Part shown: piece after piece, positions 37,781 through 51,078 of the stretch | Position numbering within the stretch: the stretch's first letter is position 1 | Layout of the letters: every line of letters starts with the position of its first letter | Source of the DNA: Klebsormidium nitens | Taxonomy: Eukaryota; Plantae; Klebsormidiophyceae | Length of the DNA stretch: 64,000 bases | Direction of reading: 5' to 3' | Assembly (NCBI GenBank): GCA_000708835.1 | Contig: DF236975.1 | Coordinates: 291,236 to 355,235 of the forward strand | Notes under the pieces: generated by a model | Databases searched by the model: none | Seen by the model: only the letters and a program-made list of their open reading frames with translations | What the model was told of the DNA's origin: nothing | Program-made: the position numbers and the translations under genes

Positions 37781-40100
37781 AAGTCTGGAAAGGCATGCAT
37801 TTAAACCTTAGGTTTTGAAAGACCTGCCAGCTCATGTACAAGGCAGACAGCGCCACCTCTTGCTTTGTCAGAAAAGGGAGCTTGCTTCCTTGCAGTGGCA
37901 TCAACCCTGTGTGGCCATGAGACTTAGCGTCATGGTCACTTCCTACAGGTCATTTCCGCAATGTTCATTTGAGCACACGGCAAGGTCACGCGCGTGCCTT
38001 GGGGGTCAATGAGCGGAAGGAGAAGCTGATACTTCGGTCTCTTGTGCAAAACCAGGCTGCTAGCAAAGAAATCCTGATGTGCAATGAAACTTACTCAATC
38101 AATCAAACTTAAGGAATTCCGTCTCGCAGCTCAGGTTAAAATCCTAGGCAGAACCTGAGCTAGGAAACTCATGGACAGACGTTGTGATCTTCTACACCCC
38201 TGGTCAGACAGGCAAGCAGAAGTAGAATCCTGCCAAGATCAGAAAGTCAATCAGATTCCACATCTGCTATCTGGCAGATGAAAGGAATTTGCCAGTGCCA
38301 GGAATATGACTTTCTGATGTAAGCCAAACGGTCCTCTGATTTGACCATTGTATTTGTCAACAAACAACCTGCACATTCTATCTCTGCTCAGGGCTTCAGC
38401 AGCATGCTCCTAGACCTAATTAGCAACCCTTCTTTGCAGCAACAGTTCACTTGCACTACTGAGAAGTGACCGCAAAATTGCCGTGTAGAACATAACAGAG
38501 AAGTCAAGCCGTTGGCCCTCGTAGGCTTTTGATAGATCTTTTAAAAGCCACTCAGTGTCACATTAGAGCAGGTGGATAGAGATTTCGTTGAAAAAATTCA
38601 CGGATCTTGTAGCATTGAACAGAATTCCGCACAACTGAATGTCCAGCATAAGAGCCTTGCCCCCAACACCTGCTGCCAACCTTTGCTCAATTGAAGGAAT
38701 TGACATCCCTGTAACCTGCTGGGACATTCTTCATCTTCAAGCTCAATTTCCCTCTTTAAGTAGCAGAGCAAAAACTAGAGAAGACAATCTACCCGCGCTG
38801 ATCACACACTTTACAGCTGATGGCAATGCCTGCAGTCTCCTGCCGTTTCACTGACGATGCCAGGTTGCGTGCTGTCTAAAGGCAGCGGAACGCCTTAGCC
38901 ACCAGGTTGTCCAGCCTGTTTGGGTGCCTGCTCAGGAGCCCCTCAATCAAAGGCTGCTCAACTTTGTTTTGAGATGCAATTGCGCTCATTGACAACACCC
39001 CTATTGTGATCATGCTTCGCTGATCACCCCCCAATGAAAGGCAGCGCTGTGCAGGCCGCGCAAGCATCACCAATCTCTGCCCCCACAAGGTGCTTCATTG
39101 TCTATTTTCTGCGAGACATTCCGCACATCGCAGAATTCAAGGCTGCGTCTGGCGAACTGTCAATGTTTCCTGGTCAAATGTGGCCCATCAGGGAACCTAG
39201 TAATAGGAGACTGAAGACGACTACCCTGTAAGATGATTGTCAAAACTCAGCTTTAACTTTTGAATATTTCCAATGGACAAGACTATTCATTGGGGCCAGC
39301 TTTTAGATTATAAACGATCATTGCTGACGCCGCTTCTAAAGGCTTCCAACAGCTTTAAGCGGATTGCTTGGCAAATCCCCCCAGCTAAGGGCAGCTGAAC
39401 GCTTGATGAACGCCAAAACCTCAATCCTGTTGAGAAAACAATGCCCTGGTCCCTGACCCCTCAAAACATGCATGCAACCAACGTCTCCACTATGCTTCAG
39501 TGGCCAGATGGTTGCATTAGAGGGTACCTGTCCTAGGTATAATAGGTATAGGATTTCCTGTGAAACATGACAGCACAGAACTTCAGACGCATACGCTGAT
39601 CGCCTTTCGACTTTTGAGACAGTGGCCGGCGCCGATCGGACCCCGAGCGGAGCGGAACTCCTCACGAGATGGTCACGACCTGCCAGGACCTAGGTACAAC
39701 GTCGTCAAATCTAGTACGGTACGGACCTCGGTACTCCAAGTTGGAGATAATTGTAGACCGTACGATGTGCCCGGGAGAGCGTCTATGATAACGTAAATGA
39801 AAGAGATCGAGATTGTTAGAGGAATCAGATCCATCATCCCGTTCTAGTACCTTTTTGGCAGGGTATTTTTACCCCCTCCTAAATCCAAAACCCGCGCACG
39901 GGGGTGTATACGTGCTTGAATCGTAGCCCCCCTTCAAATTCAAGGCTCCTGGAGTCAAATACACTTGATGGCGGACTTCTGAAATTCTGAATATTGGTCG
40001 CTCGAAAATAACAACCGCCCTTGATGAAATCCGATCCGTTCGCCAGCTGGTCGGAGATTCAGATTCTCGATAAATGATCCCGGCGAGCCCAGCGCGGCGG

Positions 40101-40685
40101 CAGATGGTACGAGTCACGACGTACGGTACCGTGCCCACTAACCACGGTAGGTACGCTTTTAACCTACAGGCTAGCCTCTAGGTACTGCAGGCACTTGCAG
40201 GAAAGGTGGATACCGATTGGTACAGCAGTTTCGCGGCAGGCTTCCCGGTTGCTTTCGATAGAAAGGGTGTATTTAGTCTAAACTTACGCTAAATTTAGTC
40301 TAAGTTTAGTTGCGTTACCAGACCAATTGACGTCATAGATGTGACCAATATTGATACGTGGCAAAGATTCGGCGCGTCAGATGGGCCCTGAGCAGCGGAT
40401 CTACGGCTCGGTTCTCACCTTGGTTTTAAATGACGCCAAAGCAAAAGCTAAAACTTAGACTAAATAGCCTAAACACAGACTAGATTTAGACCCTAAATAC
40501 ACCCTATCTATCGAACGCAACCGGGAAGCCTGCCCCAAAACTGCTGTAACCCGCGGTGCCTACTGTAGCTGTGGTAGGTACCTACTGGATTCCGGGCCAA
40601 TTTTATATCCTGCGGGTACAGTACGATACCGTACCCGGCTACCGTACCGGTACGGGTCACACAATGACTCGTAAGATACCGTCTG
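40101..40685. mobile_element. Non-autonomous foldback/MITE-like element with long inverted arms
   Basis: 40221-40276 vs reverse complement of 40493-40548: 52/56 identical. Pairing continues inward to ~40313/40441 and, degenerately, outward (cagatggtacgagtca at 40101 vs tgactcgtaagataccgtctg ending 40685). No ORF and no clear TSD. Confidence 0.65.
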
Positions 40686-40784
40686 ACAAGTTTTCCGTAC
40701 CGCAACTTAAATTAATTGTGTTGCGTTGAAACCTCACCACGTGGCAAGCCGATTGGCTGGCCATTGTGCACGCCGCAAGCAGGT

Positions 40785-41432
40785 NNNNNNNNNNNNNNNN
40801 NNNNNNNNNNNNNNNNNNNNNNNNNNNNNNNNNNNNNNNNNNNNNNNNNNNNNNNNNNNNNNNNNNNNNNNNNNNNNNNNNNNNNNNNNNNNNNNNNNNN
40901 NNNNNNNNNNNNNNNNNNNNNNNNNNNNNNNNNNNNNNNNNNNNNNNNNNNNNNNNNNNNNNNNNNNNNNNNNNNNNNNNNNNNNNNNNNNNNNNNNNNN
41001 NNNNNNNNNNNNNNNNNNNNNNNNNNNNNNNNNNNNNNNNNNNNNNNNNNNNNNNNNNNNNNNNNNNNNNNNNNNNNNNNNNNNNNNNNNNNNNNNNNNN
41101 NNNNNNNNNNNNNNNNNNNNNNNNNNNNNNNNNNNNNNNNNNNNNNNNNNNNNNNNNNNNNNNNNNNNNNNNNNNNNNNNNNNNNNNNNNNNNNNNNNNN
41201 NNNNNNNNNNNNNNNNNNNNNNNNNNNNNNNNNNNNNNNNNNNNNNNNNNNNNNNNNNNNNNNNNNNNNNNNNNNNNNNNNNNNNNNNNNNNNNNNNNNN
41301 NNNNNNNNNNNNNNNNNNNNNNNNNNNNNNNNNNNNNNNNNNNNNNNNNNNNNNNNNNNNNNNNNNNNNNNNNNNNNNNNNNNNNNNNNNNNNNNNNNNN
41401 NNNNNNNNNNNNNNNNNNNNNNNNNNNNNNNN
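40785..41432. other. Assembly gap (648 N)
   Basis: Run of N; the X-filled ORFs here are artefacts. Confidence 1.
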
Positions 41433-41612
41433 TTCCAGAGTGTGAATACCCTCAGTGTTTACGAAGTAGAGCTTTGTGACGATTGTCACAAATTTTCTTG
41501 TTCACACTCCCTTCTATTTACGATTCTTTCCTCCCGATAGTAGACTCTAGAGTCTAGACTCTACCTAGTAGACTCTCTGCGTACCTGCATGAAATAGGTA
41601 CGTACGGCATCT

Positions 41613-41827
41613 GTGACAACGTTCCGGCAACGCTAGCTTGCACTAAGAGCAGCTTGCATTAAGATAAGCACCCGGGGGACGGGTAGGGTTAGTTTGGTGG
41701 TTAGGGTGGGTGCGGGTGCGGAGCGCGTGATTTATTTGGTTAGGGTTTTTAGTTTGGGTGCCCGGGACTTGTGTATCTTAGTGCAAGCTGCTTTTAGTGC
41801 AAGCGAGCGTTGCCAGTATCTTGTCAC
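41613..41827. repeat. Hairpin element A: inverted arms around a G-rich telomere-like core
   Basis: 41626-41666 vs reverse complement of 41774-41814: 38/41 identical. Pairing extends with cccggg on the inside and gtgacaa/ttgtcac on the outside. Loop 41677-41760 contains TTAGGG motifs. Confidence 0.8.
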
Positions 41828-42974
41828 TGTGACAAGGGTTTGCTCTGCTCCGGACTCCAGAGTCCAGGGACCCTGTCCCCAGAATTCGGAAGAGGTGGCC
41901 AACCTCTCTTGAGAAATTGCAACGGGTCATGTCGTGGGACCTTGCTGAATAAACTTTCAGTGGATATGGTCATCATTATGGTGGATACGGGTGTGGACAG
42001 AGATGAACCGTAGCGTGCGAAATTTACTGAAAATTGGATTTTGTTCCACTTTATTCGGATATTTGTACGGGATGACGCTTAGCTTGACGTCAAGCAGCAT
42101 CAGATGATGATGATATCACCCTAGCTCTGACAACGGCGCAGGCAGAGTATACGTCACGACAGGATACCGGATCGACCCCGCGGTGCCAATGCCTATGACG
42201 TCACTGCATGGACCCCCCGGGCCTGCATGCCTGACTTCTGAAGTTCTGATTGCTCTGCTCTCACATGTGCAAATTGTATCGCTTTGGGGACAGGAAGGCA
42301 CTGAGAGCGGATTATCTCGTGCCGAGAAGATGCATCTACTTGCATGAGATTGGAATGCTTGTATGTAACAGTATAATGTATCTGGCTTGTGCTACTTTAT
42401 AGTCCTGACTTCCAAGTTCTGACTTGATCGAGGAGCAGTGACGTCAGGGACACCTAATTTACCTTGTACATGGCCCAGAGTAGACATCAAGCGCCCGATT
42501 CAACTAGAAGCTCCTTCATAAGACCTGTCACCTGTGGAATTGTCCTTTGGAAAAAAGAGATTTTAGTGGATCAATCGTGCAGTATTTGATTTAGCTGATT
42601 ACAGTACATCACTCTGGCACTGCATGGCAGCCCTGCTCTCTTTTTTCGTGACACCTCTACCTCCATTCATATGAGACGTTGCTCTTCTCACTGTCTTCGA
42701 ATGATGTTGCAACATGGCTCAGCATGGCATAAGTTAATTCAATTTCAAAAGCAATTTCCATCATGCTTGTTGAAGGTCATGATAGAAGCTCCCGGTTTAT
42801 ACAGCATGGATAGCGCCAAGCTTAGCGTGATAAAAAGTTGGGCCGGCTTTACATGCGGTTATTTACATGGCTCGAGTTACCTTGGATTACCCCATACATC
42901 CAACAAAGGTGCATTCAGTAGATGATAAAATGGCATATAGAAAGTGACGACGGCGTTGTCCTCCTTTCCATGCC

Positions 42975-45310
42975 CTACAAGATCTTCTCAATCTCCTGCT
43001 CTATGGCCGATGGATTCGTCCTGGGATCGAATCTCTTGACAACTTTCCCGTCCTTGTCAACCAAAAATTTGCCAAAGTTCCACGCAATATCTCCACCCCC
43101 AGCCTCCTTCTTCAAGTACTGAAACAAGGGCTCGGCCTTGGCCCCATTGACGTCAACCTTAGAGAATAGAGGATAAGTTGCCTTATACTTGTCCCCTGCA
43201 AATTTCTTGATCTCTTCAGCAGAGCCGGGCTCTTGGCCCCCAAACTGATTGCACGGGAAGGCGAGCACTTCGAAGTCCTTTTCCTTGAGCTTGTCATAAA
43301 CCGTCGTCAACTCCTGTAAACAAGCAACCCAGTTAAAACTGGCGTTCCTGCTCAAAATGTCATCTTTGCTTTGGTGAATCTCTGAAGTTGCAGAAGCAAA
43401 ATTGATGGTGACTTGGCCCACAGTGAAAGAAGCCGAACCTCAGTAACATCGCGCCGAGCCTCCTCCAAGTCGCACCAAGAGGTGGCAGATTCTGAAAGAG
43501 TTTCCAAGAAGCAGCTTCAAGGGCAACCCGCTGGCAGCTATCAATTGACACCAGCTATCAAAGACACCAAAAGTGCGTACCCTGCTCCGCACTAAAGGGG
43601 CACTTCGTCTGGAGACATACTCCAAAATAGGCTTGAAACGTGCTCAACGAATACTTTGTTCTCAAGCGGTTTAGCAATTTTACTTCAACTTATGATATAC
43701 AGTCCAAGTGGCACTGTTCCCTTTGCAACGTCAATGGCCAGTCTACGACTTATGAGTATGTCCCATGCCTGCTACTTTTAAGCAGACAGTGTTGGATCAA
43801 AAGTGGACCGCTTTAAGCCTTCTTTCATGTTGCGGGCCAAGCCTTTAAGGGGCATGGAAAGACTCCAGCAATATATCCATATACAGCTTCGAGTGATTGA
43901 AGAGACCAATTGGTTAAAATCCACGCAAGTACTGCGCAGAGTGAACAAAGACGGAAACTTACCTGATAGTTTTGCTTGGTGAGACCGCATGCGGAGGCGA
44001 CGTTCACGATCAATGAAACCTTCCCCTGCACACAGGAAACTACCGGTGCGTCAATGTCAGATAACCACCAGTACTCAAGCGTTCTCCATTCGAAAAGCAG
44101 CTCCATTTGCGGCCTACTGTCCTGCTGGCTGGCCCCTGTATGGCTTTTAATTGGCAGTGTGAAACTTGGGGAAAGAAACATGACCACAAAGTAAACAGCT
44201 GGTCACAAACAATGTGGCTGTGCTTAGGCAGACCAATGATGGCAGAAGCTTTTGGGTTCCAGCTGAGTAGAGTGTATCACACGTATGATTGTCACAATCT
44301 TGCCATCAAACCCTGCCATTCCACAGGCACAACATCACACAAGAGAAGAGTGTCTACCTGCGACAGAAGCAGGAGGAATGACAATGCCCCTGCTCTAAGT
44401 GCCGACCATACCCATCTAGAACTTGCTCACGGAAGTTGAATTCAGTGCTCCTCAAGTTGCTCTAATTCAGAATGTTGTCCGCAAGCTTGATAACTAGTAG
44501 TTTCCAAGCTCTCCAAGTAAATGATGATCGGATTAATGCACAACTCAAAGTAAAGGGGAGGGCCTCCGAAGCAGCATTGTTGGGGTGAAAACCAAGGGCA
44601 ACATTTTGGCGAAATGATTGTTTGAAAGTCGCACCCTCGTCTGTGAGAGTACAGGAAAAGAGCGGGAAGCTCTCAGGACGGAGAAATCATGAATGAAGCT
44701 TGGAGTACTCGATTCATCCAACCAGAAAGTAATGGAATTAACCTGCCCAATCAAGTTTGGCCTTGTCCTTTCTGATCGATGACATTAGGCTCGCAATCAG
44801 GTTGCCTAAAGCACTTATGATGCTGCATACAAATGGAACCACATCTTATTGAATCTTTTGGTCTCTGAATAAAGACAATTGCATCCATGCATTCATTCTT
44901 GCTTGCAACATCCAGAATGACCAACAGATCCTTGCCTGGGCGCTTGTCTTTGGTCTTACCTTGAACTTTGACAGGTCCGTCTCGTTGCCATCAATGTCCT
45001 TCACCGAGAAGTCATAGGCACTGCTGGCGGCCATGGTGAGTGCAGTCTTCACTCCCACCCTGTTGCTAAAGTGCCGTCTCTGGGCAGACTGCTGCAGTCT
45101 AAACTCAGCCCTCAGATCCTCCTTGGACGAAACAAACGACGATGAAAGTTGTGTGCTCCTCGCAACCAAGCGGTTGCTCTCAGCCTGCAAAGGGCAAAGA
45201 GAGGCAACGGGCGCAAGAGCAGCGGCTTTGCAAGCGCTACGCGAGCTTGCACCTCTGAGGGCGGTGCTGCCAACGGAGAAGGAAACCTGATAAGCAGCAG
45301 CCGTGGACAT
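42975..45310 (-). CDS. GPX: Plastid-targeted Cys-type glutathione peroxidase (PHGPx-like)
   Basis: Exons 45310-44960 (Ser/Ala-rich transit peptide + AYDFSVKDIDG), 44025-43963 (GKVSLIVNVASACGLT, TGC Cys) and 43313-42975 (LAFPCNQFGGQEPG…KVDVNG…WNFGKFLVDKDGKVV), all phase 0. Confidence 0.96.
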
Positions 45311-45967
45311 GATTGGGGCGGCAAGAAGGAATGCTGGAGAGAAATTGTGACGTTGTACTCGGAGTTGTACAGCCATTGATGCTGCAACCTTCACGACCAC
45401 CTTCGCTGGCAGCTACATGGGTCAACGTTAACCCGGAATATTGTCGTTCTCCTTTCATTAGCCGTCAATTTCGGCAAAAATAGAAAAACAGCCGTCGGAT
45501 GTCAGTGATGAATCATCCTGGGCTGATTCTTAACGACGACCTAACCGGGTGGGTCTTGCATTTCTGGGATCATTTCTAGTAGTAGTATTAAATTTAAACT
45601 GTAGTAGCAGGATCACTTCGTACGTCAACTTCTGCAACAAGTTCAATTGGGCGAACATCTGGCGAAAGTGCACCAGGCAGGTTTTGGGAACCCGCAGCAC
45701 TTTGATCTCAGGGTGGTGCATGGTCTCTCTCTCTGCCACTTTCTTTCTCACACTCTGCCGTTTCCTGGACTGACTGGTCTCCTTTGACCGACTTGGAGCT
45801 CATCTCTACAATGAAAGGACTAAAGAATAAAGTGGATAGCGTCGGAATCTTTTACGGGAGCTGATAATCTGCGGTGCGGAGTCTGATTCAAATCGAGGGG
45901 TCGCAAGAGCCGGCAGACGTGCATTGGCAGGGCCCGCTCAGGAACGTGAGACCTTTGTTAAATGTCC
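45311..45967. promoter_or_regulatory. Putative shared bidirectional promoter between GPX (-) and F-box/Kelch (+)
   Basis: Start codons diverge ~650 nt apart; no specific element was identified. Confidence 0.4.
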
Positions 45968-48900
45968 ATGGCCACCGGAACAGGAGAAAGAGGCGGCACT
46001 CGAACGACGATGTCACGTGAGGAGGATGATCAAAACCAGGGCGTTGAGCAGCCACTGATGGATGGGCTGCCAAATGACCTGGCAAGACGGTGCCTGGCCA
46101 GAGCCAGCAGACAGGCCCACGCAGCCATGCAGGTTTGCTCTTCAATTATGAAATCACAGCTCTCGGGTCGTATTCCTGGTGAGCGATTACAATCAACAGG
46201 GCATCGGTAGTGGCACCGGCAATCAATGGCGTACTTAATTACAAAGGGTCGTTGCTTGCTGGATTTGTTATTCTTACAAAGAGGACGTAAATGAGTTGTT
46301 GGTGTGCTGAGGGGCATCAGAGTGGCTTTTACTAGTCTACATCGGTCGGACAAAGGTTCTCGATTGTTCAGTCGCGTTGTATCGATGCTTCAATATATCG
46401 AGGCTTCAATGACAGTCCGTGAGATAGAACTCAGAAGCCTCCATGCTATAGATCTCCTCAGCATACTTCCAATCGCCAACCAGAATGGTTGGCACTCAGA
46501 GTTGCCACACTTGGGACTCTTCTGGGCCCCACCAGTACTAACTTGATACGCCGAGTCCAACTCAAGCTGTGTCGGCTTCAAGCTTGAGTCTTAAAAGTCA
46601 GCCCCTCAACTCCAGCTTCAAAGTTTGGGCGTTGGTCAACACACCCATAACCTGATTTACGGTTTCAACATGACTTTTGAGTCTAAACCAGCCGTTCGCG
46701 TTGAGAAATCAGAATCAAACCCGAACCTTAACCATATTTGCGCGGCGTCCTGCAGATGGTGTGCCGTTCCTGGGCCGCCTTTCTGAACTCAGCGGAGCTC
46801 TTAGAATTGCGGCGAGAGGCAGGAGTTTGCGAAGAGTGCCTGTACATGCTTGCGGTCGCAGACGATGCGTACCGATGGGGCGTCTTGACTCCAAGCAGCG
46901 GTGCCTGGCGGAGACTGGGGTCCGTCCCCTTTCTGCAGCCGGAAAGGTGGGATTCAAACCTAAGATGCTTCTTTGTATTTCAGTGTGGCAATTGAGATTG
47001 AGAGGGCTTGCGCTTGAGTCGTTTCTTGCGATCTCAGGCTGCCTCGAATTTTGTTGCTCCAAAGCCAAGGAGATGTCAGGGACTTGTTTTCGAACTCTGA
47101 CGTCAAATTAGTTGACCTGCTATTAGATTTCTGACCTGCACAGAGGAGACACCCTCTTGAGATGACGTCATGAGAGTCAAATTGGTTAAACGCCGCTTCC
47201 TAACCCTGCCCCCCCAGGATTCTGAAGCACTTCCACACCTGTCCCGCCGGCCAAGGCCTACTCCTCGTTTTGGGCGGAAGCGTGTGGGAGCCCGTCAGCT
47301 TCCTGGGCGCCTCAAGCGGAGCGTGGGTCCAGAAACTGGCCGCAACTAGAGAGGTGTGGGTGTTTCAATCCACCACTTCCACGTGGCGGCCAGGGCCGCC
47401 CATGCTGACCGCTCGGAGGGGAAGGTTTGCGTGCGCCTTGGTCGGGAATAAGGTGAGGCTTTGATCAGGAGTTCATTGGTCGGTAGGTTTGAGAATCAAG
47501 GATGGAGTGAATGCATCCGTCAGTTTGCGTAGAGGACAAAGCGCTGAAGTTATATGGGGGAATCTGGTCAAAACCGTGAGTGCGGTCGTTTCATGGTGAA
47601 GCGTTAGAGTCTGCGCCAGAAGTTTTCTACCTTCTAGCGCCTAGGTGCACTCGTGATTACGAGTCAAGAGTATCATCGGTACGGCGGTGCTTTTAGGAAC
47701 GGCGACCTGAAACACCTCGCATTTCTTTGTCTCCCTGTTTGCACATCAGTGCACCATTGACATGCCCTCGAACACGCACATGTTTCGCATTTATAAGTCT
47801 GACAATAAGCTTGTCGAGTTGGGGTTATTGGCACAGTCCGTCTTCCTGTCCGTCTGATACCGTCGAGTTCAGCGGCTAGCAGCTTGTGCGAGGGGCTTTA
47901 CACCATCTTTTTCCGCAACCTGCATTCATTTCATTACTCGTCTCTGAATCGACTTCTGCCGGAGATATACTCCATGCAAAAAGCCGCAGTGTCTTTGACA
48001 GTTGAAATGCATCTTCAGACGGACCCGTACTCCAAGAAGAGGGTTCGTATTGGTGTTGTCTTTGAAATCATCACAATTGCCTTCGGAGATATGGTGACAC
48101 GAACATGATGCTATGAGATGAATAGGCGTCCCTGTGTTGCAGATCATTGTTGCTGGGGGCTCGGATCTAGCGGGCCGGCCCCTCTGCGACGCGGAAGTCC
48201 TCGACCTGTGCCTGCCGGGCGAGATCGACGGATTCCGCTGGGAAGCCCTTCCGCCCATGAGCTTGGCACGGAAGGACTGCCTGGGAGCGGCGATCGAGGG
48301 GCGCTTCTGGGCTGTCTCGGGGCGGAGGGGCGGCATCGATAACGCGTTCTTGAATTTGCACCAATCGGCGGCGGTGTTGGACTTGAAAGATGGCACCTGG
48401 TCCACGGTGAGTTGCTATCTTGGATCCACGTCCGTTCTTTCCTTGTCCTCCTCTTGTGCTACGGTTTCCCTCTTTTGTGGATTCGAGCGGCATCGAATTA
48501 GTGGGATTCCCCAGTTCGTCATATGTACCTTTGTCTTTTCTTCACGCCAGACAATCTTTTTGGTCCGCTTTCAGAATCCTGACCTGTCTGTTTCACTTGA
48601 TGTGAGCATCGCAAAGCAGTTTCTTATGTATCTATATCAGCAACCCAAGTGACTGACACAGGGACTGGAGACGAACCACGTTAAAGGACTACTTCAGGAA
48701 GGACGGTCGCACTCAAATTGCCCCTTGCTTTCGAGTGAGGTGAGGAGTTTGTTCAGAGCCGAGTTTCGAGCACTTACCGGGACTTTGTTCGACATCGCAA
48801 ATTTTAGACCATCCAAAAGTTCCCTAGGACCAACTAACCGGGACAATATACCGTACTCAATGTGAGCTTATACGTGGATAGGTGAACACCTTCCGTCAGT

Positions 48901-49738
48901 CAGGCAGCATCTCGTCTAGCAGTAAATGCAAGCACTAAGCTTCAATTTTCCTTACACAAATATCGACTCCCACCCTATCTTGCGGACGCTTCCTAGACAG
49001 AACCAGTCATAAGAGTAATGACAAGACTCTTGACTCCCGTCAGGTCGGCAGCATGCAGCGAGCCCCCGAAGCACGTACATGTATCTTTTGCGAATGCATC
49101 GGAAGCGTGAGCTATATCCGGCACTGCACAAAAGAGCAGATTGTGGAAACGCTCTAGAACATTATGATTTGCTCTTTCGTCAGGTGGGCGGTATGTGGTT
49201 CAGCAGCGAACCTCCGGAGCATCTCGCGGTGTTCAACGGCCGGATCGTCGCCTCGGACAGCCTCGGACGTCGGCACCGCGTCAAGACGTACGACGAAAGC
49301 AGTGGCTCGTGGAGTGACGTCGGAGACGAGTCACGCGGTGGAAAAACCGTTGTGGGTCTTGCTGCGGTTGAAAAGCAGCTGTATGCAGTGTCGTGGGATG
49401 CGTTGGATTCGAAAATAGACGGGGCATGGTCAGATATCGACACACATGGTGATTTGGAAACAGGCCACGCAGAGTTGCCGAGATTTGTATATACTGTCCA
49501 TTCTTCTTTGGATCGAGTCGCGGAAGTCGACAGCACGAGAGCTGGTGCTCTGGCTCTCGTCGAAGGGGAAATGCACGCTTTAGAAGTGGGACTTGTAGGA
49601 GAGATTTCACCAAGTAGTCGGTCGAAAATTGTACGAGATCCGGGCTTGCTAGGACAGCAGGGATGGTGGACGCGCGTTGCTCAGTTTAAATCGACAGTCA
49701 GATTGGATCTAGCAATCTGTACAGGTGTATCTCTGTGA
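45968..49738 (+). CDS. F-box/Kelch-repeat protein
   Basis: Exons 45968-46132, 46756-46946, 47218-47452, 48143-48406, 49184-49738 (ATG at 45962 is an alternative start). F-box LMDGLPNDLARRCLAR…MQMVCRSW. Kelch motifs LLVLGG…W.PGPPM.TARRGRFACA, IIVAGG…W.ALPPMSLARKDC. Confidence 0.9.
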
Positions 49739-51078
49739 ATCATCCGTTCCTGTAGCATAACTCGGCTGTAGAGTAGAAGTTCGAAAGTCATACACACAAA
49801 GCACGCCGCACAAAGACTCTGAATCGACTTACAGACAGGCGATGATGAGCATTGTCGTGTTCGTCTATCTCAATCCACGACTGATCTGATAGGACTCAGT
49901 GAGCCGACGGCTGGACCCGCGTCCACTACTGTTCACACGCAAGCACGTTTTGGTGCAACGCGCTAACCGTCATAACCGCTGAGCACATGCATAGGAATCA
50001 ACATGCCAGGGCCGGGCCGGCTGATCCAGGCTGCGGGCCCAAAGCTTCACAACAGAATGATCGGTCTAGTAAGTGCAGCTTGCATGATCAGTCACCCCAA
50101 ATATCAGGCAGTAAATGCATGTCCGTCTATGTATACAATGGTCTGAAGACGTAGGGCCGCCCCGGCCAGGCACACTGTGCACGCCAGGTTCGCGATCATA
50201 GCCAAAAAAAATCCCAATGAGGCGGCGCCTATTAACTGGATCGACGACCGTAAATGAAACCCATATATCTATATCTAGCTTGGCACGTCATGGTCCTTGA
50301 TTCCTTGACGTACGTACGTCGGTCGTATGCCATGATGTGCATGAACCGTTCACGCAAATCGCTGCGATTGAACCGTCAAGTTTTGACCCAGATGCACGAA
50401 TTGTCGACTTAATTGGTACAATCGTTCTGGCTGCATATGAATATCTTAGCTGCATCCTGAAAAGTTCACCGGTGTTGAGCTGGAACTTTAATGACGGTTC
50501 GCACCGAGCAAGGCCGGGCTTTCTGCATGGCAATCGGCCTGCGCCTCCTTAATGTTGCAAATAATTACTTGAGGCAGCCGTAAGCGTCTCGCTTCTGTAG
50601 TGGGAACGAAAAGCCGCTTGAGTGCAATCAGTCCAGTCCTAGCCCTGCGGGCTTGAGTATCGAACTTTGTAAGCAACTCTGTACGCACACGCCGTCCAGT
50701 ATCTTTTTCAGTCCGCGGTCCTAGTTAGCCATTACGTCAGTATGCCGTTCAGTACGTTTGCACTGTCTGTCAACACTGGAGATTTCAAAAACCTCACCGT
50801 GCTGTTCCTTCTCTTAGCAGTATATAGCAGTCGGTAGCGGTTCCTGTAGATTGTTCAGAATCTGTTCGGTTTTCGCACACTCTAAAGACTATTTCTGTAC
50901 ACCACCTAACGTGATGATCGACCTGCTTTCGTTCGTTAATTGGCCGCCAATCTGGATCATCACCCCGGGGCCCTCGTATGTCGGACACACTCCATTTTGG
51001 AAGCCGGCGCAAACTGGCGCCTTCAGTTTGACGGGCTGGTGACACTAAATCGACATGATCGGAAACAACAGAATATGC

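Noticed and set aside
38200-39670. Protein-like fragments on the minus strand upstream of the MYB gene
   Set aside because: Interrupted by stops, no recognisable family, and no consistent splice path.
40716-41540. ORFs of 237-274 aa made of X
   Set aside because: They span the N gap; artefacts.
43963-44025. Selenocysteine GPX possibility
   Set aside because: The catalytic codon is TGC (Cys), not TGA.
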